In this document: positions 29,631 through 39,901 of the stretch, piece after piece | How positions within the stretch are numbered: the stretch's first letter is position 1 | Layout: every line of letters begins with the position of its first letter | Source of the DNA: a virus | Taxonomy: Duplodnaviria; Caudoviricetes | Length of the DNA stretch: 58,002 nt | Reading direction: 5' to 3' (one strand) | IMG/VR virus record: IMGVR_UViG_3300032322_001610 | Coordinates: 1 to 58,002 of that record | Program-made: the position numbers and the translations under genes | The notes under the pieces: model-generated | Told to the model about the DNA's origin: nothing | The model's input: the letters and a program-made list of their open reading frames with translations, nothing else | The model's database searches: none

Positions 29631-31121
29631 ATGAATCTCATCGAGCAGGCCGAACGGCTTAAGACGCTACCGGATCAGGAACTGGTCCAGATGCAGCAGC
29701 GCCCGACGATGATCGCTCCGTTCCTCGTCCTCGCCGAGATGCAGCGGCGGGAGACGATGCGGAAGGCGGCTACCTCAGGCCAGGACCCCGTTCAGCAGAC
29801 GACCGTCGCACAGGAGATGTCCTCACGGTTGGCTCAGATGCAACCGCAACAGCAACCGCAGCAGACGCAGCAGATGCGTACGGGCGGGGCAGTGCGGGCG
29901 GCGAATGGGCTGCCTGATGACGTGTCGAAGTTCTTCGATTACACCGGCGCGGCCTCAATTCCCGCACCTCCTACCGCCGGAATGACTCGTGCGCCCGGCC
30001 TGTCTCGGATTACCAGCCCCATGCCGGCGTTTGATCTCTCCGAGATCGAAGCCCTCGCCGGACCCGCCCGCGGCACGGGCGCAATACTTTCTGAGATCCG
30101 GGGGGTCCGGGGCGAATCCCCCCTCGTCGCACTCGGCGAGCAACTCAAGCAGCGCGAAGAGCAGGTCCGCGATCAGCGGCAGAGCCTCGGGGAGACGTTG
30201 ATGCGCCTCGGCCTCGGGATGGCGGCCTCGCGCCGGCCAGACTTCCTCGGGGCAGTTGGCGAGGGCGGGCTATCGGCGCTCCAGGGATACGTCCAGAATC
30301 GCGATTTCACGCGCAAGGAGGCCGCCGATCTCCTCCGGCAGCGTATGGCGGTCGAGGCCCAGCGGCAGCAGAGCGATGACGTTCTCTTCCGCGAGGCGGG
30401 GGAGCTTGCTCGCTCCGAGCAGTACGGCAGGGTGTCGACGATACAGGCGATTCAGGCGGCGCGAAATGCGGCGCTGACGGCGAATACTGCGGCGGAGAGG
30501 GAGGAGGCGAGGAACCGGGCGAACGCCCTGCTTGCGGAGTATGAAGCCGGTCGGAGACGTGCCGCGGCAAACGCCGAGAACATATTCAAGGCTGGCGAAA
30601 ACGAGAAGGATCGCGAGTCCAGTAAGGCGATTGCCAGGATTAGGTCGAGCGGTGCGGGCACGGGCACGGGAGGCGGCATTGGGCTAGACGACCAGGTAAA
30701 GCTCATGAACTCGACCATCAGCCAGAACAACTCGATGCTGGAGTCCCTCTATAAGCGACTGCTGACAGCAACAGGGGCCCAGAAAGAGGCCATCGAGTCC
30801 CAGATCGCTGAATACGAAACGAGGGGCAGGCAGTTGGGATCGGCATCGGCAATGCTTCTAAGCCAAGTGGGCGTGCCTATACCAAGGATTCCGTATAAAG
30901 ACCCGTTGCCGCCGCCACGAACAGAGCAGCCCAAGCCGCAGGGGACAGGGGCCGGGGTCACGCAAGGGCCGACTAGCCTTCAAAGGTTGACGTCTGCCCT
31001 TCAAAATGCAACGCCTGCTGAAATTTCCGCTCTTTCGACAATGAACCCTGCCGTGGCTGCAATCTTGAACCTTGGCAGGATTAAAAGTCAGATCGGTAAA
31101 ATAAATCCACCGGAGAATTGA
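29631..31121 (+). CDS. Putative internal virion/ejection protein
   Basis: 496 aa helical; LMRLGLGMAAS, FLGAVGEGG. Confidence 0.7.
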   Translation: MNLIEQAERLKTLPDQELVQMQQRPTMIAPFLVLAEMQRRETMRKAATSGQDPVQQTTVAQEMSSRLAQMQPQQQPQQTQQMRTGGAVRAANGLPDDVSKFFDYTGAASIPAPPTAGMTRAPGLSRITSPMPAFDLSEIEALAGPARGTGAILSEIRGVRGESPLVALGEQLKQREEQVRDQRQSLGETLMRLGLGMAASRRPDFLGAVGEGGLSALQGYVQNRDFTRKEAADLLRQRMAVEAQRQQSDDVLFREAGELARSEQYGRVSTIQAIQAARNAALTANTAAEREEARNRANALLAEYEAGRRRAAANAENIFKAGENEKDRESSKAIARIRSSGAGTGTGGGIGLDDQVKLMNSTISQNNSMLESLYKRLLTATGAQKEAIESQIAEYETRGRQLGSASAMLLSQVGVPIPRIPYKDPLPPPRTEQPKPQGTGAGVTQGPTSLQRLTSALQNATPAEISALSTMNPAVAAILNLGRIKSQIGKINPPEN

Positions 31122-31124
31122 TAG

Positions 31125-34100
31125 ATGGCCGACGCCTACGAAGAGTACGTCCCCGAACTCGGCGCCATTGTCGCGTTCCCGAGAGACGTTAGCCTAGAGA
31201 AGAAGCGGGAGTTCATCCAGCGAACCCTCGCCTCGCGCAACCCGGCGACCGCTGCTGCTCCCGCTCCTCCCCCCCCCTCCTCCACCGCCGAAGATATCCT
31301 CCGCAACGTGGGGGGATTCGCCCTCGGCGTCCCTCGGGGGATCATCGAAGGCGTTGCGGCGGTCCCAGAGGGGATCGGCGGAATCACGGGCAGCGAACTC
31401 GCGAAAGCAACAGGGCAGGCCATCCGAGACAACCCGCTCGCGAATCTCTTCGCGGGAGAGGCCAGCACTGGCCGCATGGCTGGCGAACTCGTCGGGAATC
31501 TTGCCACATACCTCGCCCCAGGATCGGTTGCGAAGCTGGCTGGGGCTCCGCGCTTGGCGACCACGCTGGCGGCAGTCATGGGCGGTGCCTCCGGTGCGGC
31601 CGAACAGGTCCGCGAAGCCGCTGCGAATCGTCAGGCCGGCATGACTGTCAGTCCTGGGCAGGAGCAGCTTGCGGCATTGGCGGGTAGCGCGGTCGGCCTA
31701 GCAGACCTGATTCCGTTTGGGAGGCTAACCCGCACGTTCGCCCCTGGATTGGCTGGCGCGGCGCAAATCGCGGGGGAGGGCATTGGCGCACAGGCGGCCC
31801 GCATCGCGGGGAGTGCCGCAATTGGCGGGGCCACCGAGGGAGCGCAGCGCGGACTTCAGAACCTGGTTGAGCAGCAGATCTACAACCCACAGCAGGACGC
31901 GCTCGAAGGCGTTGTGCAGGAGGCTGGCATCGGGGCGGTCGCCGAAGGCGGTCTCGAAGGACTAATCGGGTTCCTGACCAAGCGCGTGGCCGCAAAGGGT
32001 CTCCGTGCGAAGCAGCGGCGGGTCCAGGAGGGGCCAAGCCCGACCGTAGGGCAGGGACAGGAGAACGCCATCGGCATCGAGACCACAGCCGAGGGCCTGC
32101 CGAGCGTCCGGTTCGTGGAGCGACAGAGGCCGGCGTTTACAACACGCGGGACATTTGCCGATGAGGGGGTGCGGGGATCCGTTCCTCCTGATACCAGCCA
32201 GCCAGCGACCGCTTACCCCGGCTACGTCCCGCTGCCGTCCTCTTCGACGTATACTGCGGCTGGCCGGGTTTCGCCCACACTCTCCCCGGAAGATCTGGCC
32301 TTCGCGCAGGATCTCGCCGGTCTCAACCAACAGCAGCCCACCGCGCCCTTCCCCCCGGAAGTCTCCCCCATCGCCAACCTCCCCATGGAAAACCTCGGCG
32401 GCGCAGGCGAGTTCACGACGTCCGGGCGATTCGTTCCCGCCGTTGATCCGCTTGCGCCCGGTCTATTCCGCGACAGGCCGCGGGAGATGCGGGGGACGGG
32501 GGCGCCGTTATCCGCATCCCCGGAGATTCCACAGGCCCCCCTCGCCTCGATAGCCGAGATGATGCAGCAGCCGTACCTCCAAGATGCGCTCGCACAGCAG
32601 CGGGTCGAATCCCAGCGGCTTGCCGAGAGTCAGTCGATGGTGGATCAGTTGCTGGCGGCGCAACGCGCCCCGGTGCCTGAGCCGTCCCCGGCCCCCAGCC
32701 GCATCGCAGAGCCGCTCCCGCCCATCCGCCCCGCAGTGCAGCCACCGTCCCGCGTTGCCAATCTCCTCGCCGAAGAGCAGGCAGCGGTCCAGCCGGTGAG
32801 GGCTCGCGTAGCCGAACAGCAGGCGATGGAGCAACGAGCAGAAGCCGCTCGCGTGCAGGCAGAGGCCGACCGCGCTGCCGCCCGTACCCAAGCCGAAGCC
32901 GACCGCATCACCGCCCGCACCGAGGCCGAAGCTACCCGCGCCGCCCGACGCACCCAGGCCCCCGTCGTCCCCGAGACGGGAGTCCCTAACGAGATCGCGC
33001 TTGATGCCCAGCAGCGCCTCTCCCGCGAGGAGTTCGGCAAGAACCTCACCGAACTCAACCCGGACGAACTCGCCATCGTGCAGGCGAAGCAGGAATCCGG
33101 CCTCGGCTCTGCCGTCCGACCGCAGGAACTCGCCGATGTCCAGGAGTTCGCCGACCTCCCCTTCACGCGGGATCAGTATCGGCAGGCCCTTGAGATCGGG
33201 AAGCCCGGCGGGACAGCGACGTTGCCATCGGGACTCACCACCCCGACACGGATCGCCCAGACTCTCGACGTTCCCATTGGCACCGCGGAGCGCATGGTCG
33301 AGACGATGATCCGGCGCGGAGACGCAGATGCCAACGCCGACCAATTCAGTCCGCAGCCCGCTGGCCCGAGCGCAGTTCGCGTGAGAGAGGAGGCTACTGG
33401 CCCCCGCTTCAGCGTGGAGCCCCCGGCGACCGAGACCCCAACGCCGATCACGGTTGACGCCTTCCGGCAACGTATCGCCCGCGGCGAGGTCCCCGAGGTC
33501 CCCCTCCAGATCCATGCCGAACTCAAGAATCTCGGCGTCGATGATCTCGTCTCGGCGAGACTCGTGGATTCCCTCGGACGCCCGGATGTCGCCGGTCAGT
33601 ACGCCGACCGCATCGTCTCCCTTGCGCTCGCCGGCAGGTCCCCGGACCAACTGCGCTCGACCCTGAACCACGAGGTTGTTCATGCCTTGCAAAGCCTGGG
33701 GATTTTCAGTAAGGCTGAATGGAACCTGCTTCAGAATACCCTGACCCCGAGTGCCGTATTCAGCGACGACGAGCGGAAATTTTACACTGACCTCTACAAG
33801 AACGACCCCGAGGCTCTCGCCGAAGAGGCGGTCGCCAGAGGGATGCAGAAGTATATCGACGGGCGCATGGATCTCCCTCGGCCAGCCGCTGCCGCCGTCG
33901 AGAAGACTACGTCCGTATTCTCGAAGTTGGGCGACCTCTTCCGGGAGCGCGGCCTTGAGACGCCCGAGCAGGTCATCGGCGCATTCCGGGCTGGGGAGAT
34001 CGGGAGGCGGCAGGTACCGGGAACTAGCCCTGTAGGTAGTACGCGAACTCCCGGTACTCCATCGAACACGGCTGACGCCACGAACCTGCGCGACCTCGAG

Positions 34101-36644
34101 GACCTCCTCGGGAAGACAGATTCCGAGGGGTATGCGATTCCATCCGAAGGAACCACCCCCCGTCTCTCCATCGAGCAGGAGCCGGTGCCCAACCCCTTCT
34201 TCGCGCCGCCCGCACCCGGCAAATCCATCGCGCAGACCGCGGCAGAGAAGCTTCAGTTGCGCCCCAGTTTACCCAGCGAAGCGCGAACGGCGGCAATCGA
34301 CCGTCGCGCCCCCTTCGCCAAACTGGCTCGCGCTGCGGGGACCATGGGCAAGGCCGAGATCTCCAGCGAAGAGGCCGTGCGCCGGCTTGACGTAGCCAAC
34401 GATCAGGCCATCGCGAACCTGAAATTCGGGCCCCTGAAACTCGAAGGCAAGGCCGGAAATGGCTACTTCATCGCGAGCGAAGGACCACATCCGCTCGGCT
34501 CCGATGGCTACATGACCCGGATGGCCGAGGCTGGGAAGCTGGACAAGTTCTTTCACTACCTGGCTGGCCTTCGCTCCACCGCCCTCGGCGAACGTGAGAA
34601 GGAACTCACCCCGGCGCGGATCCGGCAGTACCTGAGCTACGGGAATGAACCAGGCGTCAAGCAGGCCGCCGCCGAACACAAACAGTTCAACGATGGCATG
34701 GTCGATGCAGTCGTCGCCTCGGGGCGGTTCTCTAAAGAAGAGGGCGAACGGCTGAAGCGGGACATGTATATCCCCTACCTGCGGATCAGCGAGACCCCCG
34801 AGGGCGAGGTTCGCTTCACTGCCGGCGGGGCGAGCCTCGCCTCTGCCCCCAAGCTGAAGGCGCTCAAGGGCGAACTCGGGCAAGCACGAGACCCACTCGC
34901 GACCTACGTTGAGAACGTCCAGATGCTGACCACCATGGCCCTGAAGAACGAGGCCATGAACCGCGTCAGCCGCGACGGCATCCAGACCGGCTACATGCGT
35001 CCTGCGCGGAAAGGCGATGAGAAAACCGTCCAGGTCTGGGTGAACGGCCAGAAGAAACGCATGGCCGTCCTCGATCCAGAACTCTACGAGAGCGTCACCT
35101 ATGCCCCGCAGCCGCTCAGTGACCTGATCAAGGTGATGGCGATCCCTGCCAACGCGCTCCGCACCTCAGTCGTCTTCTCGCCCATATATCCCATCCGCAA
35201 CCTCATCCGCGACTCGCAGCAGGTCTTCGCGCAGGGCTATACCGACATGCCGATCATCTCGGCGCTCGACGGCGTCCGCAAGGCACTCACCCGGTCGGAG
35301 TCGTTCCGCGATCTCGAACGGTTCGGCGTGGTGTCCAGCAACATCCGCGGCGAGGGCGGGGGCGAGGGCACGGCGCGGGAGGCCCGTGCGATGTTCGACA
35401 CTTCGCTCCTTGGAGCCGTGTCGAAGGGCATCCGCGCCTTTGAGGACTTCAACCAGAGATTCGAGTCCGCCAACCGCATCGTCGTCTACGAAAACCTGCT
35501 CAAAAAAGGATACACGAAGGCGCAGGCGGCATCGGAAGCCCGCGAACTAATCAACTTCAACAGGCACGGCGCGAACGTCATCATGCGGTCGCTGTCGGCG
35601 CTCATCCCCTTCCAGAACGCCCGCATCCAGGGCGCTGACGTGCTGTACCGGGGCGTCAGAACGAAAGATAACCCCGCGATGCGCCGGCAACTCTATACCC
35701 GTAGCGTGATGCTCGCTGTTCTGTCGGGGACCTACGCGGCCGCCATCCAGAACAACCCGGCCTATCGGTCGGCGTCCGAGGAAGAGCAAGAAAACAATTG
35801 GTTCGTTCCTCTGCCGGATGGCGGGGCCATCCGCGTGCCGATCCCGTTCGAGCTGGGCTGGTTCGTCAAGGTGGTGCCCGAAAAACTGGCGCAACTCATG
35901 AACGGCACCGCCGATGGCAAAGCGTTCCTTGATAGCTTCCTGCGCTTCATGAATGCGACGATGAAGGTCGATGTGGTCCCCCAGGCGGTGAAGCCGTTCG
36001 TGGAGGCCAAGATCACGAACTACGATAGCTTCCGCGGCAAGAAGGTCGAGGGGGACTGGATGAAACGACTCGAGGTCGCCGACCGCTACGACGAGCGCAC
36101 CACCGACGTCGCCAAAGCGATCTCCGAGTACTCCGATGGCGTGCTGTCGCCGATTCAGGCAGATCATATGCTGCGCGGCTACAGCGGCACGACGATGAAT
36201 TACCTATGGCAGATGATTGATTTCCTCGCTAACCCGCAGGCTTCGCCCTCGCTCGAGAGCAGGCAGGCGGCCGAGATGCCCGTCGTGGGTACGTTGTTCG
36301 CACGCAAGGACGGGGGGCGCAAGCTAGCCGAGGCCTACGAGATCCGCGATCTCGCCGATCAGGCCGCGGCGTCTCTGCGGATGCGGCTGCGCGAGGGCAC
36401 GGCGATGGAGGCCCCAGAGAGGGAGCGGTTGACCCGCGAGGCCGGCTTCGATCAGGCCATCGAGCCGATCAATCAGGCGCTGACCGCACTCAACCAACGG
36501 GAGCGGGCGCTCCGGCGTGATGTCCGCATGGGGCGCGTTACCGGCACGCAAGCGAAGCCGGAGCTCGACAACATCCGGGCGAGAAAGATCGAACTCTCCG
36601 AGCGGGTCCTGGAAATTCGGAAGCGGATGGTGCCAGGCGGGTAG
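31125..36644 (+). CDS. Large polyvalent ejection-type protein with HExxH metallopeptidase-like and LPD38-like regions
   Basis: 1839 aa; G/A-rich hydrophobic N-terminus; LNHEVVH..EE (~33663); NNWFVP....IRVPIPFELG, LSP.Q.DH..RGY.G. Confidence 0.75.
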   Translation: MADAYEEYVPELGAIVAFPRDVSLEKKREFIQRTLASRNPATAAAPAPPPPSSTAEDILRNVGGFALGVPRGIIEGVAAVPEGIGGITGSELAKATGQAIRDNPLANLFAGEASTGRMAGELVGNLATYLAPGSVAKLAGAPRLATTLAAVMGGASGAAEQVREAAANRQAGMTVSPGQEQLAALAGSAVGLADLIPFGRLTRTFAPGLAGAAQIAGEGIGAQAARIAGSAAIGGATEGAQRGLQNLVEQQIYNPQQDALEGVVQEAGIGAVAEGGLEGLIGFLTKRVAAKGLRAKQRRVQEGPSPTVGQGQENAIGIETTAEGLPSVRFVERQRPAFTTRGTFADEGVRGSVPPDTSQPATAYPGYVPLPSSSTYTAAGRVSPTLSPEDLAFAQDLAGLNQQQPTAPFPPEVSPIANLPMENLGGAGEFTTSGRFVPAVDPLAPGLFRDRPREMRGTGAPLSASPEIPQAPLASIAEMMQQPYLQDALAQQRVESQRLAESQSMVDQLLAAQRAPVPEPSPAPSRIAEPLPPIRPAVQPPSRVANLLAEEQAAVQPVRARVAEQQAMEQRAEAARVQAEADRAAARTQAEADRITARTEAEATRAARRTQAPVVPETGVPNEIALDAQQRLSREEFGKNLTELNPDELAIVQAKQESGLGSAVRPQELADVQEFADLPFTRDQYRQALEIGKPGGTATLPSGLTTPTRIAQTLDVPIGTAERMVETMIRRGDADANADQFSPQPAGPSAVRVREEATGPRFSVEPPATETPTPITVDAFRQRIARGEVPEVPLQIHAELKNLGVDDLVSARLVDSLGRPDVAGQYADRIVSLALAGRSPDQLRSTLNHEVVHALQSLGIFSKAEWNLLQNTLTPSAVFSDDERKFYTDLYKNDPEALAEEAVARGMQKYIDGRMDLPRPAAAAVEKTTSVFSKLGDLFRERGLETPEQVIGAFRAGEIGRRQVPGTSPVGSTRTPGTPSNTADATNLRDLEDLLGKTDSEGYAIPSEGTTPRLSIEQEPVPNPFFAPPAPGKSIAQTAAEKLQLRPSLPSEARTAAIDRRAPFAKLARAAGTMGKAEISSEEAVRRLDVANDQAIANLKFGPLKLEGKAGNGYFIASEGPHPLGSDGYMTRMAEAGKLDKFFHYLAGLRSTALGEREKELTPARIRQYLSYGNEPGVKQAAAEHKQFNDGMVDAVVASGRFSKEEGERLKRDMYIPYLRISETPEGEVRFTAGGASLASAPKLKALKGELGQARDPLATYVENVQMLTTMALKNEAMNRVSRDGIQTGYMRPARKGDEKTVQVWVNGQKKRMAVLDPELYESVTYAPQPLSDLIKVMAIPANALRTSVVFSPIYPIRNLIRDSQQVFAQGYTDMPIISALDGVRKALTRSESFRDLERFGVVSSNIRGEGGGEGTAREARAMFDTSLLGAVSKGIRAFEDFNQRFESANRIVVYENLLKKGYTKAQAASEARELINFNRHGANVIMRSLSALIPFQNARIQGADVLYRGVRTKDNPAMRRQLYTRSVMLAVLSGTYAAAIQNNPAYRSASEEEQENNWFVPLPDGGAIRVPIPFELGWFVKVVPEKLAQLMNGTADGKAFLDSFLRFMNATMKVDVVPQAVKPFVEAKITNYDSFRGKKVEGDWMKRLEVADRYDERTTDVAKAISEYSDGVLSPIQADHMLRGYSGTTMNYLWQMIDFLANPQASPSLESRQAAEMPVVGTLFARKDGGRKLAEAYEIRDLADQAAASLRMRLREGTAMEAPERERLTREAGFDQAIEPINQALTALNQRERALRRDVRMGRVTGTQAKPELDNIRARKIELSERVLEIRKRMVPGG

Positions 36645-36648
36645 TCTG

Positions 36649-36748
36649 TGGTACGATGGGGTATCTCCTCCAAGGCGGGGAGGTGCTTCCTCCCGCACCT
36701 CCTTGTACGTTAACCCCCGCGGCGATGCTCACGCCACGGGGGTTTTTT
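36649..36748 (+). ncRNA. Candidate small RNA with own extended -10 promoter
   Basis: TG-n-TACGAT 36649-36657; hairpin GGAGGTGC/GCACCTCC with loop TTCCTCCC; terminator. Confidence 0.4.
36712..36748 (+). terminator. Intrinsic terminator at convergence of late and early transcripts
   Basis: AACCCCCG...CGGGGG followed by T6. Confidence 0.8.
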
Positions 36749-36752
36749 CTTG

Positions 36753-37553
36753 CTACTTCAGCAGCCCCGCCATCCGCTCGGTGGCGTTGCGGGTATATTC
36801 CGGGTCGTACTTGACATACACCCTCTGCGTGATCGCTACGTTCGAGTGGCCGAGCATGCGCGACACCTCGATCAGCGGCACCCCGGACGAGATCAGCGCC
36901 GTTGCTACCCCGTGCCGGATGCAGTGCGGCGTGGCCCCGACTACGCCAGCCACCTTGCATACCCGCCGCCACTCGGCGAGGTAGACGTGATACCGGACGC
37001 CGATCACCTGGTCGCTGTTTCGCGGACACCGGGCGAGGACCTCCGAGATTGCGGGGATTACCGGGATCACCCCCCGGCGCTTCTGCCGAGGACCCGCCCC
37101 CAGCGTGAAGTCGAGGATCCCGCTGTGGATCTGATCCCAACGCAACGTCAGGACGGCGTCGATACGTTGGCCGGAGGCCATCGCGAGACGGGTCGCCGCA
37201 TCGAACCACCACGGCGCCGGGACGGCGAGAATCGCCCGCATCTCCTCCGGGGACAGGAACCGGGAGCGCGGAGGCGGGGCAGCGGGAACCTCCCAGAGCG
37301 GGATGGCCGGGAGATGGCCGGCGCGGACGAGCCACGTCGCGAACACGCGCAGGCAGGCGAGGTCCCGGCGGATGGTGCCGGGGCTCAGGTCCAGCTTCTG
37401 CGTCACCCTGTCCGTCTCCTGGTGCGTCCACTTCGCGGGGGTGAGGCGCATCAGGGGTTCGTAGTGCGTGGCCGCCAGCTCGAACCGCTTCCAGTCAAGG
37501 ATCGGTCCCGCCCTCTCGGAGCGGAACCGGGTCCAGTAGTGCGCAAGAGTCAT
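36753..37553 (-). CDS. Tyrosine recombinase (integrase/resolvase family)
   Basis: SGQR, HCIRH, LGH, VY catalytic residues; 266 aa. Confidence 0.9.
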   Translation of the reverse strand: MTLAHYWTRFRSERAGPILDWKRFELAATHYEPLMRLTPAKWTHQETDRVTQKLDLSPGTIRRDLACLRVFATWLVRAGHLPAIPLWEVPAAPPPRSRFLSPEEMRAILAVPAPWWFDAATRLAMASGQRIDAVLTLRWDQIHSGILDFTLGAGPRQKRRGVIPVIPAISEVLARCPRNSDQVIGVRYHVYLAEWRRVCKVAGVVGATPHCIRHGVATALISSGVPLIEVSRMLGHSNVAITQRVYVKYDPEYTRNATERMAGLLK

Positions 37554-37645
37554 CAGTTTGGCCTCATGTGGGTCAGCAGGTACAGCAGGATCAGCAGGAC
37601 CCCGACGATAACGTCGGTGCCGCTGTTTCTCCGTCGCCGCCTCAT
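37553..37645 (-). CDS. 30-aa membrane peptide (not in ORF track)
   Basis: MRRRRRNSGTDVIVGVLLILLYLLTHMRPN; overlaps neighbours at both ends. Confidence 0.5.
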   Translation of the reverse strand: MRRRRRNSGTDVIVGVLLILLYLLTHMRPN

Positions 37646-37856
37646 CGAACCCCCCTCCCGGCGCGGTTCGCCTGGTTTACCTTCGCGTTGTGCATCAGCT
37701 TCCGCTCGGTCGGCGTGAGCGCGGCGAGACGGGCCTCGAGGACCTGGGTTACGCCTTTGCTGATCTCCAGCGCCAGCATCCGCTGGACCTCCCGCTCAAC
37801 GATGCCGGCGAACATCGCGATCTCGTGCTCCCGCGGCACGTCGCCGAATAGCTTCG

Positions 37857-38381
37857 TCAGGCAGGCCGCGATTTCCTGACGGAAGGACGGATGCGCGGGT
37901 TCAGGACGGAGTATATCCGCTTGCCCTTCGCAAGCCGGCGCGTCTGCTCCAGGGTCACTCGGGCGTCCTCCGCTCGCTCCCGCTCCATCGCGAGCCTCTC
38001 CTGCTCTTCCTTCATGGCCCTGCGCTGCTCCCGCAGTTCCTGAAGCTCCTTCGATGCCTTCGCCCGTGCGCGGGCGCGGTCCTTCTGCTTCGCCGACAAA
38101 ATCATATTCGGATCGATATCCCATTCCGGTCTTCCTCCTGGTGGTATGTGTTTCGTTTCGCAGCTATACCGTAACTGCGCGGCGCGGATGAACCGCCGGC
38201 ACTTGCCGCAGACCGTCCACTGCTCTTCCTTGCCCCGGATCAGGACCTCTCGGCGCTCCAACTCCCAGATGAGGAAGTCGGTGTGAACATCGGAAAGATC
38301 CGGGGGGAATGTAAAGTTATTCGCGAGGACGGGGTCGCTGAGTTTGGGTTCCGGGAGTCGAACCCGGTACCGAGGCCTCAT
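37857..38381 (-). CDS. Hypothetical protein, CxxC plus coiled coil
   Basis: 174-aa ORF, ATGA-coupled. Confidence 0.65.
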   Translation of the reverse strand: MRPRYRVRLPEPKLSDPVLANNFTFPPDLSDVHTDFLIWELERREVLIRGKEEQWTVCGKCRRFIRAAQLRYSCETKHIPPGGRPEWDIDPNMILSAKQKDRARARAKASKELQELREQRRAMKEEQERLAMERERAEDARVTLEQTRRLAKGKRIYSVLNPRIRPSVRKSRPA

Positions 38382-38473
38382 CGCAACCCCAGAGCGAATA
38401 GCGCGCCGAGGATGATGAGCGCGAAGAGCGCGGAGTCGATCAGAAACACTATGAGGGGGCGGTATTTATTCAT
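38378..38473 (-). CDS. 31-aa membrane peptide (not in ORF track)
   Basis: MNKYRPLIVFLIDSALFALIILGALFALGLR; ATGA overlap. Confidence 0.55.
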   Translation of the reverse strand: MNKYRPLIVFLIDSALFALIILGALFALGLR

Positions 38474-38795
38474 GGCCCACCAGCACAAACGTATACCCGT
38501 CACCGTTGTATCCCACGGCGTGCTCCCCAAACGGACGGATCTTCCGCATGGCCTGCCAGTGGCTGCTGTCGTCTTTATACACCGCCCAGGCGGTCTCCTG
38601 CGGGGTCCAGGCCTTCACGCGGGCGGGCAGGTTCCGCGTGCGGGGGAAGTACTTGGTGTGAATGGCATAGGCCGGCTTCTCATGCGCGGCGATGAGGCCG
38701 GCGGCGAGTTCAAGTTCAGTCATTTGTATCTCTTCGCGACGGCAGGATTGCTGCCATCGGCGCCAAAGGGCGCCGGCGAGTTCAAGTTCAGTCAT
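38466..38795 (-). CDS. Hypothetical protein with duplicated start MTELELA
   Basis: Two in-frame starts at 38795 and 38723; AIHTKYFP.T...PARVKA. Confidence 0.7.
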   Translation of the reverse strand: MTELELAGALWRRWQQSCRREEIQMTELELAAGLIAAHEKPAYAIHTKYFPRTRNLPARVKAWTPQETAWAVYKDDSSHWQAMRKIRPFGEHAVGYNGDGYTFVLVGHE

Positions 38796-38950
38796 ATATC
38801 TCTCCTAGAACACAACGATGTAAACAATCAGCATCGCCACCCAGGCAGCAGCGATGAAAGCTTCCTCGAGAACTTCTCGCCGGTCGATCAGCCACACGGC
38901 GGCTTGGCCGGCGGCGTCGTGCAGCGCCCAGAGGGCGCGGATTAGGGCGG

Positions 38951-39499
38951 TCATGCTTCCTCCGGTAGCGGACACTCGGGCCAGCGGTTGCGGATGAGGC
39001 GGCACATGGTAGCGTTGGCAGCGGCGCAGGCAGCAGCGTAGTCAGCAGCGCAGGCAGCAGCGTAGACAGCACTGCGGGCAGCCTCTTCGGCGGCGGCAGC
39101 GGCGGAGATGGCGGCGTAGGGAGCGGGGGTAGCGTACGCGGTGAGGGCGGCGTAGCTAGCAGCGTAGCCAGCATAAATGTAGGCGGAGATGGCGGCAACG
39201 CGGGCGGCGTCTACCTCCTCGATGGTTGCCTCTCCCTTGGCCCATCGCCGCGTTGTCTCGATTGCGAGCCGGGGCCGGTCTTCGCCCCCCGACACGAACC
39301 GCAGCGCCGTCTCGGCACAGTCGCACGCCGCCAGCACCAGCTCCTGGCGGGATACGGCCTGTCCCGCCCACCAGAGCAGCCAGTCCGGGCGTTCGCACTC
39401 CGCCCACATCTGGGCGGAGTCGCGGTCGCCGAGCCAGTCTATGGCTGATTGGCAGGCGTCTCGGGACGTCAGGAATTGTCTGAGCTCTTCGTTTTTCAT
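38951..39499 (-). CDS. Imm5-like domain protein with Ala/Tyr-rich tail
   Basis: AACDCAE.AL......DRPR.AIE...RWAKGE. Confidence 0.65.
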   Translation of the reverse strand: MKNEELRQFLTSRDACQSAIDWLGDRDSAQMWAECERPDWLLWWAGQAVSRQELVLAACDCAETALRFVSGGEDRPRLAIETTRRWAKGEATIEEVDAARVAAISAYIYAGYAASYAALTAYATPAPYAAISAAAAAEEAARSAVYAAACAADYAAACAAANATMCRLIRNRWPECPLPEEA

Positions 39500-39901
39500 G
39501 CTTCCTCCTGAAGCGCCGCCCGCTCCAAGAGCAGACGGCGGAAGTCGGTACCGCGCCGGGGGCGCGGTCCTACGTTGGCGGATTGCGCCGCGCTGATTAG
39601 GCGGACGGGGAATAGAGCGTAGAGCGGCCACGCGGCGGGCGTGTGCTTGGTGGCGGCCACTAGGATTCGGAGGGCGCGGAATTCTCTTGGGGTCATGCCT
39701 CCCCCCTCATCTGCCGCTTGATCGCCTCCTCGGCGATTTCTAGGGTTGCATACGGGCCCGTGGTGTGCCGAAAGAATATTTGTCTCGGCTCGAGCTTGAT
39801 CACCATTTGGATACGCCAGCCGTGTTGATCCGGCTCCGCCCACATGGTAATCACTGCGGGTCCTGCGGTGTGGAAGTGGGGGCGGTCGCGGATTAGGGCG
39901 G

